A stretch of 63,972 nucleotides of DNA, filler included, from Gemmatimonadota bacterium (GTDB lineage: Bacteria > 4572-55 > J002), in NCBI GenBank assembly GCA_003697105.1. It is 4 parts of 4 records of this genome, joined end to end, with 100 filler letters (N's around TTAATTAATTAA, not from the genome) between each part and the next. Parts side by side here need not be neighbours in the genome. Positions count along the whole stretch, not along the records: positions 34,934 to 61,122 come from RFFQ01000174.1; 3 more parts are not named here. One strand, given 5' to 3'. This document shows, piece by piece, positions 50,660 through 58,769 of this stretch. Under the pieces are notes generated by a model. The model was not told the origin of the DNA. It saw only the letters and a list, made by a program, of their open reading frames with translations, and did not search any database. Position 1 is the first letter of the stretch; each line of letters starts with the position of its first letter. The translations under genes and the position numbers were made by a program.

Positions 50660-51160
50660 TCAAAAATCATTAAACAAACTATCGATTTCATCTTCAGCAT
50701 CACTGGCGAACGCTTCATTCAGCGGGTTCGATTGCTGTTGACCGCTTTCCAGTTTCTTAAAGACATCGCTGAATATGTCACTTAACTCTTCTACCGCTTT
50801 TTTCACGCGTAACCGGACTAAGCCCAGTGTGGTACGTTTATCAAAAATAACAACCAGAATCACTCGATTTTCAATCAAATTCAGATACATACTATCATTG
50901 GCACCTTGATGAACTAAGGTGTTAAATTCTTTCTCACCGATTAGCGCGGCAATCTGGCTATTCGCCGCAAAATCTGCCGCCGAAAGCGATGCAAAACTTG
51001 TGGTATCAAACGTAGGGTCTTCACCAGCGCTCGTAATCAATTGCCCAGTTTTATCAATCAACATCACACTTCGCGCATTTGAATTTGCCAACAATTTGGA
51101 CAAATTCTGATTGATCATGTAAAAATCTTCTTCGAAGAGCGCCCAGTTTCCCTGAACCAT
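50660..51160 (-). CDS. mglB: Roadblock/LC7 protein MglB (MglA GAP)
   Basis: [34 protein letters not shown] and acidic EIDSLF tail. Confidence 0.95.
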   Translation of the reverse strand: MVQGNWALFEEDFYMINQNLSKLLANSNARSVMLIDKTGQLITSAGEDPTFDTTSFASLSAADFAANSQIAALIGEKEFNTLVHQGANDSMYLNLIENRVILVVIFDKRTTLGLVRLRVKKAVEELSDIFSDVFKKLESGQQQSNPLNEAFASDAEDEIDSLFNDF

Positions 51161-51247
51161 TTCGATAACTCCTGATTAAGTAAAACTTTTATAAGTCGTG
51201 AATAATAGGTAGAAATGCATTGCTGACGGTATTGCGAAAGCGCCCCT

Positions 51248-51276
51248 ATTCTAACACATTTAAGGGGGCAGGTCAA
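51248..51276 (-). promoter_or_regulatory. Sigma70 promoter for mglBA
   Basis: Minus strand reads TTGACC-N17-TAGAAT between recR and mglB. Confidence 0.7.
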
Positions 51277-51284
51277 GAAAAAAA

Positions 51285-51890
51285 TTATAGCGCCTGCCGT
51301 CCGGAAAATGCACGGGTCAGCGTGACTTCATCGGCATATTCTAAATCGCCACCCGCTGGTAAACCATGTGCAATCCGAGTTACATGAACGCCTAGCGGTT
51401 TCAACAATTTCGCTAGATAAAAGGCCGTAGCCTCACCTTCCACATTCGGGTTGATGGCAAGAACAATCTCTTCGATCTTCTCGGCAGGAATGCGTTTTAA
51501 GAGGGTCTCTACATTTAAGTCATCGGGTCCAACCCCATCTAATGGAGATAAAACCCCATGGAGTACATGGTACTTCCCTCGAAACGCACCCATTTTTTCT
51601 AATGCCAGAACATTGCTGGGGGATTCAACGACACAAACAATGGTTGAGGTTCGTTTTTCACTGGAGCAAATGGCACACGGGTCCTGTTCCGTTAGATTTC
51701 CACAGATTGAGCAATACTGAAGGCGTGTCGTGGCGTTTATGATGGACTCTGCCAGAGCTTCAGAGCGCTCTTTCGGCATTTTGAGGATATAAAACGCTAA
51801 CCGCTGTGCCGTTTTCCGCCCGATGCCCGGCAAACTCATTAATTCCTCAATCAAATGATTCAAGGAGGGTGAAACATAAGAGGGTGTCAT
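51285..51890 (-). CDS. recR: Recombination mediator RecR
   Basis: LPGIGRKTAQRLA, C4 zinc finger, CVVE, YHVLHG, EGEATA and LEYADEVTL motifs. Confidence 0.97.
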   Translation of the reverse strand: MTPSYVSPSLNHLIEELMSLPGIGRKTAQRLAFYILKMPKERSEALAESIINATTRLQYCSICGNLTEQDPCAICSSEKRTSTIVCVVESPSNVLALEKMGAFRGKYHVLHGVLSPLDGVGPDDLNVETLLKRIPAEKIEEIVLAINPNVEGEATAFYLAKLLKPLGVHVTRIAHGLPAGGDLEYADEVTLTRAFSGRQAL

Positions 51891-51893
51891 GAT

Positions 51894-53645
51894 TTATCTC
51901 CGCCGGCTGCGATCCAGTTGCAACGAAACCACTTCATCTTCTTTACCTTTAATCCCAAATTCATCCATTGCTTTTTCAATGGTGTGCCCAGTCATATCCC
52001 ATTTCGCACTGAGTTTTAAGCCTAATTTTTCCTTCCGGTATAGAACAGCGTCTGGATTCGGCGAATTGAACATCAACACATCTTCGCTAATGCGCCCCGC
52101 TTGAAGCAAGCCGACCATACATTGGTCGAGGGATTCCATTCCGGCGGACTCTTTGTGCATTTCTAGTAATTCTCGCATGGATTTTTCTTCGCCGGGCTTT
52201 TGCTTTTTCTCGATTAACTCCCGGATTTTATCATTCAGCCACATTCGCTCCAAGACCATTTCCACTTGACCTTCTAAGCCGCGTACCAGAATTTGAGCTA
52301 AGCCGACGCGATATTGCGAGGCGAGCATTTCCCGAATTTTCTTTTCCTGATCCGCCGGAAACATTTCGATCATTCGGCCAATCGATTCTCCCACGGTACC
52401 GGCGTGTAGAGTAGCAAAAATAAGATGTCCCGCTTGCGCTAACTCCAATGCCATCATACAATCGGTCGAATTCCGAATTTCCCCGACCATTGCCACGTTT
52501 AAGGTTTGACGAACACAGCTTTCCAAAGCTTTATGAAGCGTAATGGAGTGTTTCCCCAACTCGCGTTGAGAAATGATACTACGCGGGTACATCTTGGGGT
52601 TAAACATGGTTTCAATCGGATTTTCGATAGTGATCAGATTGATACTGCGGGTTCGGAGGAGATAATCGATCAAGGCACACATGGTTGTGGATTTCCCACT
52701 TCCGGTTGTACCGTTAATCAAAAAGAGTCCCATTCGGATTTTTTTCACCCAATCCCGCAAGCAAAACCGGGATTCTTCGGAGGGCATATTCAGAACGTCC
52801 AGAGTGACCGGGCGTTCCGGAAGAATACGCATGGTGATCAAACAGCCATGTTCCTGATCCATATCAAAGGTATCGGCAATATTCACCCGCAACCGCCGGT
52901 TTGTTTTCGTTTTATAAGCGACATCAATATCTTGCGTATCGAGCTTACCAAAATTGTCTTTAATTTTTTGGAGCATAGCCGGATTGCCGGACAGTTTGAT
53001 CAGCATCATGGCTAATCGATTTGTCACCCCGGGGCGTACCAGCACATCGGTGAGGGGGCGCAGTCCACCGGTAATGGCAATGTAGGGGTTACTTTTGTTG
53101 GCGGCAAAAATAATGTCTTTGGGTTTTGGGTTTTTGATCGACATCACCCGCACCACAAAATCATCAAACCAGAGATGTAGCTTGTCCTCATCCTTAATCT
53201 GGCTGATGTCAACGAGCTGAGGATAACCCACTTTGACATCGGGTTCATGTTCAATGGTCAATCGATAGTGATCGCGGTCTAGCTTGATGACGCGAACGAA
53301 AAACAGAATGGCTTTTCGATCCTCGGTTTCCCCGTGTTCAATGGCGTAATCTCCCTTTGATCCAACAATTGTATCCACCAAATCACGATTGGTTTCATTA
53401 AAGTTGATGCCGTTTTGAAATGCCGTAACTTGCCGCAGAAAACCTGCCATCAACGGTGCGGTGACTTGAATATTGGGATTTTGCACATCTTGACCGTTTT
53501 TGGTGATCATCAAGGGCTTATCCGCTTCAAACGTGCATTTGCTGTAGCCTGCTTTCAGATGATTCAACAAAATCTGATCAAAGGTCTTTTGAACCTTTTT
53601 GACTTCGGCATCCGGTAATTTGACATCTAAAGGGAGTTCAGCCAT
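51894..53645 (-). CDS. PilT/PilU-family ATPase with a duplicated N-terminal domain
   Basis: GTTGSGKST Walker A, TIENPIE Asp box, SQRE, MVGEIR Walker B, GHLIFATLH His box; about 270 residues precede the ATPase domain. Confidence 0.85.
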   Translation of the reverse strand: MAELPLDVKLPDAEVKKVQKTFDQILLNHLKAGYSKCTFEADKPLMITKNGQDVQNPNIQVTAPLMAGFLRQVTAFQNGINFNETNRDLVDTIVGSKGDYAIEHGETEDRKAILFFVRVIKLDRDHYRLTIEHEPDVKVGYPQLVDISQIKDEDKLHLWFDDFVVRVMSIKNPKPKDIIFAANKSNPYIAITGGLRPLTDVLVRPGVTNRLAMMLIKLSGNPAMLQKIKDNFGKLDTQDIDVAYKTKTNRRLRVNIADTFDMDQEHGCLITMRILPERPVTLDVLNMPSEESRFCLRDWVKKIRMGLFLINGTTGSGKSTTMCALIDYLLRTRSINLITIENPIETMFNPKMYPRSIISQRELGKHSITLHKALESCVRQTLNVAMVGEIRNSTDCMMALELAQAGHLIFATLHAGTVGESIGRMIEMFPADQEKKIREMLASQYRVGLAQILVRGLEGQVEMVLERMWLNDKIRELIEKKQKPGEEKSMRELLEMHKESAGMESLDQCMVGLLQAGRISEDVLMFNSPNPDAVLYRKEKLGLKLSAKWDMTGHTIEKAMDEFGIKGKEDEVVSLQLDRSRRR

Positions 53646-53675
53646 CGGTTTTTCTCCTCAATGCAGGGAATGCAG

Positions 53676-54014
53676 TTACATCAACCCGGGAATATTTAAG
53701 CCACCCGTGATACGCGACATACCTTGTGCCATCATTTCCTGAACACGGGTATGCGCTTCGTTCACGGCAGCTAACACTAAATCTTCCAACATTTCGACAT
53801 CATCGGGATCGACCACTTCTGGGTCAATTTTAATCGATAATATTTCCTGTTTCCCATTCGCTACCACCGTGACCATCCCACCACCGGCAGTGGCTTCCAC
53901 GGTTTTATTTCCCAGTTCCTCTTGCATTTTTTGCATTTCGGCTTGCATTTTTTGGGCTTGTTTCATCAATTGTTGCATGTTACCCATGCCCCCACCAAAA
54001 TTCTTTCGTCCCAC
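53676..54014 (-). CDS. ybaB: YbaB/EbfC nucleoid-associated protein
   Basis: [20 protein letters not shown] and [17 protein letters not shown] motifs. Confidence 0.96.
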   Translation of the reverse strand: MGRKNFGGGMGNMQQLMKQAQKMQAEMQKMQEELGNKTVEATAGGGMVTVVANGKQEILSIKIDPEVVDPDDVEMLEDLVLAAVNEAHTRVQEMMAQGMSRITGGLNIPGLM

Positions 54015-54066
54015 GATAAAACCTCTTTCATTAAATTTGAATAAATTAAGTGAATTAACAACTTGA

Positions 54067-55761
54067 TTAAATGGGTTTGGAAAATGTTTCTGCGCCCCAC
54101 GCCGTCCATTTTTGGATATACTCTGGGGTTAATATATCTTTTGCGGATTTCCCAGAAGGGGTCTCTTGAGCGACTTCCTCAAGGGACACGCGCTGTACCT
54201 GAACGTTTTCCTCGGTGGCGTTCTCGCCATTATCTTGAATTTCAATGATGATCTCTCGGATTTTTACCCCGCAGATGTGAGTCAAGAGTTGCCGAATAAA
54301 CTCCTGATGGTGTTCGACAAACATTTTGGCATGGGCATGTGCCACCGGAATTGCTAATCGAGCGCATTCTGGCGTAATTTCAATCAGTGAGATCGAGCTT
54401 AAATTTGTTGAAAGTATCGGTTTTTCTTGTTGAACTCTTCGCTTGAGAACCGTCCAAATGCGCTGGGGTTGGTCGAGCGGAATGGAATCTGCCGGTGGAG
54501 GTGTTGCTTTCGGTGTAACGGGTGTTGGTTGAGATCGTCGTGGTTCCGGTTGGGGTTTGGGTGAGATTACCGGTGAACTATTTGTAACATGAGAATCGGC
54601 TGCTGGGGGTAACGTGGCTATCTTTTCTTCCAGTTTCGCCAATCGTTGAAGCAAATCTTCCAATTTGACGGTACGTTTTAGCTGTGTCATCCGCACCAAT
54701 GCAACTTCAAAAATGAGGCGAGGCTGGGAGCTTTTGCGCAATTCCTGTTGTGCTTCCATCGTAATTCGCAGTAACCGCAACAAGTCCTCCACTTCAAATT
54801 CGACGGATGTTTGCTGATACCGCTCGACGGAAGACTCGGGTAATTCCAGCATGGATGCCGCCGGATCACTCACTTTGGCAATGAGCAAATTGCGTAGATG
54901 CTCCGCTAAGCCATTGGCAAACTCCGCAATATCATAACCCGCCCGGATGGTCTTGTCAAGCAAATTTAGAACTTCGCTGCGCTGATGGCGGAGAAGAGCG
55001 CCGGTCAATTGGAACAGAATATCTTCGCTGACAACTCCCAACAGGTGGGTAACATCCTCCAACGTGATCGCTTTTCGTTTGAAAGAGATCACTTTATCAA
55101 GAATACTTTCGGCATCTCGCATCCCACCATCTGCCCGGCGGGCAATCAAATAAAGTGCTTCTTCCGTAATCTCCACATTTTCGTGCTGGCAGATATGGTG
55201 TAGCCAAGCGACGATCTTCTGGGTTTCAATCCGTTTGAAGTCAAAGCGTTGGCAACGGGAGAGAATAGTGGGAAGGACTTTGTGAACTTCTGTCGTCGCA
55301 AAGATAAAAATGACGTGCGGTGGCGGTTCTTCTAGGGTTTTGAGCAGAGCATTGAAGGCGGCACTACTGAGCATGTGGACTTCGTCAATGATATAAACTT
55401 TGTATTTGCCGCGGGTGGGAGTAAAATTGACCTTTTCTCGTAAGTCACGCACATCATCGACGGAATTGTTGGAAGCGCCATCGATTTCGATCACATCCAT
55501 GCTTGTGCCGGTAGTGATTTCTTGGCACGCCGTACAGGTGTTACAAGGTTCGGGAGTTGGACCCTGGGCACAATTCAGTGCCTTTGCCAAGATACGGGCA
55601 GTTGTGGTTTTTCCAACACCCCGCGGACCACAAAAGAGGTAAGCATGAGCGATATGACCGGTTTCAATCGCCCGTTTGAGGGTTTGGGTGATGTGATGTT
55701 GCGCAATGACCCCATCAAACTCTTGAGGGCGCCATTTTCGAGCAAGGACTTGATATGCCAT
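54067..55761 (-). CDS. dnaX: DNA polymerase III subunit gamma/tau
   Basis: [44 protein letters not shown] and GGMRDA motifs. Confidence 0.97.
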   Translation of the reverse strand: MAYQVLARKWRPQEFDGVIAQHHITQTLKRAIETGHIAHAYLFCGPRGVGKTTTARILAKALNCAQGPTPEPCNTCTACQEITTGTSMDVIEIDGASNNSVDDVRDLREKVNFTPTRGKYKVYIIDEVHMLSSAAFNALLKTLEEPPPHVIFIFATTEVHKVLPTILSRCQRFDFKRIETQKIVAWLHHICQHENVEITEEALYLIARRADGGMRDAESILDKVISFKRKAITLEDVTHLLGVVSEDILFQLTGALLRHQRSEVLNLLDKTIRAGYDIAEFANGLAEHLRNLLIAKVSDPAASMLELPESSVERYQQTSVEFEVEDLLRLLRITMEAQQELRKSSQPRLIFEVALVRMTQLKRTVKLEDLLQRLAKLEEKIATLPPAADSHVTNSSPVISPKPQPEPRRSQPTPVTPKATPPPADSIPLDQPQRIWTVLKRRVQQEKPILSTNLSSISLIEITPECARLAIPVAHAHAKMFVEHHQEFIRQLLTHICGVKIREIIIEIQDNGENATEENVQVQRVSLEEVAQETPSGKSAKDILTPEYIQKWTAWGAETFSKPI

Positions 55762-55787
55762 AAGTTTGGATTCCGTATAATGAGCGG

Positions 55788-57602
55788 TTATTTTGTCCAG
55801 AAATCTTCAATGGCACAGTCAACTTCGACGGGAACTTTGGTGATAAATTCACGAGCGGCATTGACCATTTCTTCCTCAACAATGCGACCGCCTTCTTCCG
55901 CAAATTCGGCTTTGACTTCCAGCACAATTTCATCATGAACCGTATTGACCAGTTTCATATCGAGACGTTCCCGCCGGATACGATCTCGCAAACGTACCAT
56001 GGCAAGTTTTGTGAAATCGGCATTGGTGCCTTGAATAGGTGTATTTTTCGCTTGGCGTTCAATTCGTCCCCGTAACGAGCGGTCTGTTTTTGCTTTTTTA
56101 TATTCTTCAAAGTAGCGTTTGCGTCCGGCGAACGTTCTGGAATATCCTTTTTCTACCCCTTCTTTGGCGGAACGGTCTAAGAAACTCTTAATTTTGGAAT
56201 ATGATTTGAAGTATTGTTGCATTAACTCTTCCGCTTCTTCGACCGGTTTATCAATTCGTTTGGCAAGACCTTGCGCTCCCATACCATACGCCAGACCAAA
56301 ATTGATCGCTTTTGCCGCCTGCCGGAGATGTTTATTTTCTGTTTTGCTCACCGGTACACCAAACATGGTTGATGCCACAATCGAGTGCAAATCACCACCA
56401 TTATGAAAGGTTTCGATAAACACAGGGTCCTCGCTGGCATGGGCAATAATACGCAATTCGGCACCGCTGTAATCCGAGGTGATCATTTTATAGCCCGGTG
56501 CGGCGATGAACGAATTCCGAAAATCAGACCCGGCTTTAATATTTTGCAAATTGGGTTTGGTGCAAGAGACGCGACCACTTTCCGCCCCCAATTGTTGGAA
56601 ATTGGGATGAATCCGTTGGGTTTTGGGATGGATGTGTTTCAGGAAACTCTCACCATAGGTGGAAATCACCTTTTGGTGCTCCCGGTATTCTAAAATCAGA
56701 TTAATAATTTCGTGCCCGCCACCAAACTCCAGCAGGGTATCTCGTCCGGTATCGCTGACTTCGATACCCAGTAGGTTCAGTGCTTCTTTAAGTTGTTGGT
56801 CACTATCATAATTCAGTGTGACCGGAGGCAAGTCACACGCGGCGCCTGAAAACAAATCGTCCTGAACCACTTTAGCTACAAACTTTTGGGTACGGGGGTC
56901 ATTACGGATGATAGCATCGAGTTTTTCTTTGGCAATGTCTCGTGCTTTTTCTGATTTTGTGACCAATCCCCGCCATTTTTCCTGATCCAAGAAAAACCCG
57001 TTAAATTCCATATCTCCAAAAGCACAAGCGGCGTGGCATTCCAAACGGGCAATATAGACCAAATCTTCTTTTACGAGGTCCGGGAACTGAAGTAATGCCA
57101 CTTGGAAAGGATAAATCACATCCAACCGGGCATATTCGATCTGTTCTGGGGTAAAATCACCTTTGTGATCGATAAACGACTCTTGGGCTTCTTTGCTAAT
57201 CTCAATACCCAACCGGAATTGGCACACATTTTTAAGACTAAAACCCCCTTCATATTTTTTGCCATTATATAAAATTTTCTCGATCAGCATCGTATCGATC
57301 ACATTTTCCAGCATAATATTGAACGTTCCGCGGATCATCTGGTAATCAAATTTGGCATTATGGAGGATTTTGGGCGTTGTGCCTTCCAGAATGGGGCGCA
57401 ATGGTTCGATATCGACCTTGCGGGTGTCAATCACATATTGGTGAGTTAGATCGCCAATTTGCAGAAGGATGACACGGTCGAGGTGGGGGTCTAGACCGGT
57501 TGTTTCCGTATCTAACGCCAATAAAGGCAAAGTTTTCAAGACGTCAACAGCTTGTTGAAGGTCGTCTTGACGCTCAATAAAGGCGAAGTGATTGGTTTCC
57601 AT
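55788..57602 (-). CDS. Family A DNA polymerase, 3'-5' exonuclease plus polymerase only (no 5'-3' nuclease domain)
   Basis: ExoI DTETTG, ExoII HNAKFD, ExoIII YARLD; SGRVSC.KPNLQNI; motif A DYSGAELR; motif B RQAAKAINFGLAYG; motif C VHDEI; 604 aa. Confidence 0.93.
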   Translation of the reverse strand: METNHFAFIERQDDLQQAVDVLKTLPLLALDTETTGLDPHLDRVILLQIGDLTHQYVIDTRKVDIEPLRPILEGTTPKILHNAKFDYQMIRGTFNIMLENVIDTMLIEKILYNGKKYEGGFSLKNVCQFRLGIEISKEAQESFIDHKGDFTPEQIEYARLDVIYPFQVALLQFPDLVKEDLVYIARLECHAACAFGDMEFNGFFLDQEKWRGLVTKSEKARDIAKEKLDAIIRNDPRTQKFVAKVVQDDLFSGAACDLPPVTLNYDSDQQLKEALNLLGIEVSDTGRDTLLEFGGGHEIINLILEYREHQKVISTYGESFLKHIHPKTQRIHPNFQQLGAESGRVSCTKPNLQNIKAGSDFRNSFIAAPGYKMITSDYSGAELRIIAHASEDPVFIETFHNGGDLHSIVASTMFGVPVSKTENKHLRQAAKAINFGLAYGMGAQGLAKRIDKPVEEAEELMQQYFKSYSKIKSFLDRSAKEGVEKGYSRTFAGRKRYFEEYKKAKTDRSLRGRIERQAKNTPIQGTNADFTKLAMVRLRDRIRRERLDMKLVNTVHDEIVLEVKAEFAEEGGRIVEEEMVNAAREFITKVPVEVDCAIEDFWTK

Positions 57603-57681
57603 GGGTAGAATTAAGAATTACGTTGTGGCAATACGTGATGATTTACGTTGATCATCAGGAAGGGGTAATACTGGGTAAAAA

Positions 57682-57950
57682 GGCTGTGCAACTTCCCTTC
57701 GATAGACAATCACGGGTTTCATTCCGGCAGCCAACTCCGACCAAGATGACCTACGGCACACAAACACATACGCTTAGGGCTGCTACCTTCCAGTCCTGAC
57801 CCGGTTCACGTCAGTTTGTTGCGTAGGGCCTGATCTTCAACATTACTTACCGAAATTACCTCCCACAATTGCTACCTCAATGGAAGCATTCCACCCTGCT
57901 AAAGCGGGTTGCAGGTACAGGGCACCGCTAGCTCCCCATGTAGCACAGCC
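57682..57950 (-). ncRNA. ffs: Signal recognition particle RNA, large (Alu-domain-containing) bacterial type
   Basis: Minus strand: GGCTGTGC...GGGGAGCTAGCGGTGCCCTGTACCTGCAACCCGC...GTCAGGACTGGAAGGTAGCAGC (helix 8)...GCACAGCC terminal pairing, then a T run; upstream of dnaX. Confidence 0.93.
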
Positions 57951-57968
57951 AATCTTGGGCAAAAATGG

Positions 57969-58000
57969 AATTCGCCATTGATGCGCGATCAACGGCGAAT
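57969..58000 (-). terminator. Hairpin downstream of skp
   Basis: ATTCGCC.TTGAT...ATCAA.GGCGAAT inverted repeat followed by a T-rich tract on the minus strand. Confidence 0.5.
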
Positions 58001-58035
58001 CAAGGTCATAAATAGAGCCTCAAATCCGATGCTTC

Positions 58036-58602
58036 TTATTCAGAGCCTCCACCGCTAGTTACATTTTCATTCATTTTTTGAACGACCTGCTCACTCATAT
58101 CCAGTTCCTCTGGAGCGTAAACAATACCCCCGTCAACGGCATCAAAAATCATGGTATAGTTTTCACTGTTACCGATTTCCGTTACGACTTCCAAAATCTC
58201 CTTAATAATGGGGTTGGTCATTTTGGCATTCAACTGGTATGCTTCCCCGCCATAGCCGAATTTTTCCATATAGAATTGTTCGGCTTCGGCAGATTTTTGT
58301 TGAATTTGTTGTTGCAATTCCTGTTTTCGGGCGTCCGAACACATAGTGCATTCTTCGAGCTGAGTGCGGAGGTCTTCGATTTCACTTTGAGCGACTTCCA
58401 ACTGCCCCTGCCAGCCTAAAATAATCTTGTCGTATTTCTCTTGAACATCTTTTTTGCCTTCATATTTTTCAAAAATAAAAGCAGAATTGATGTAAGCAAA
58501 CTTTAAGGGTTTATTCTGAGCTTGCAAGGGTTGTAACGCAAACAGGGCATAGCCGATGCTCAAACATACCATGAAAATTGCGGTTAATTTTAGAATACGC
58601 AT
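58036..58602 (-). CDS. skp: OmpH/Skp periplasmic chaperone
   Basis: Signal peptide; KFAYINS..IF, coiled coil, FGYGGE, YTMIFD...IVYA...DMSEQV. Confidence 0.88.
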   Translation of the reverse strand: MRILKLTAIFMVCLSIGYALFALQPLQAQNKPLKFAYINSAFIFEKYEGKKDVQEKYDKIILGWQGQLEVAQSEIEDLRTQLEECTMCSDARKQELQQQIQQKSAEAEQFYMEKFGYGGEAYQLNAKMTNPIIKEILEVVTEIGNSENYTMIFDAVDGGIVYAPEELDMSEQVVQKMNENVTSGGGSE

Positions 58603-58769
58603 TTTGCTAAACGATCCTCCTCATAAGAGTCTGATTTTCAATAACTTGCATATGGTCTATCAATAGCAACTTGCAATCATGCCAAAGCAGTGCTAAGGAT
58701 ACGAGATTCTCCCACAACTGTCAAGAGAAAACTCAAACCCATCGAAGCCTCTATTTGCTGGCGAAAAGG

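Noticed and set aside
54067-55761. Programmed frameshift in dnaX
   Set aside because: No A-AAA-AAG slippery site with hairpin or long A-run was spotted by eye, and the ORF is continuous.
55788-57602. Prophage origin for the family A polymerase
   Set aside because: There are no integrase, primase-helicase or structural genes, and it is flanked by core ffs and dnaX.
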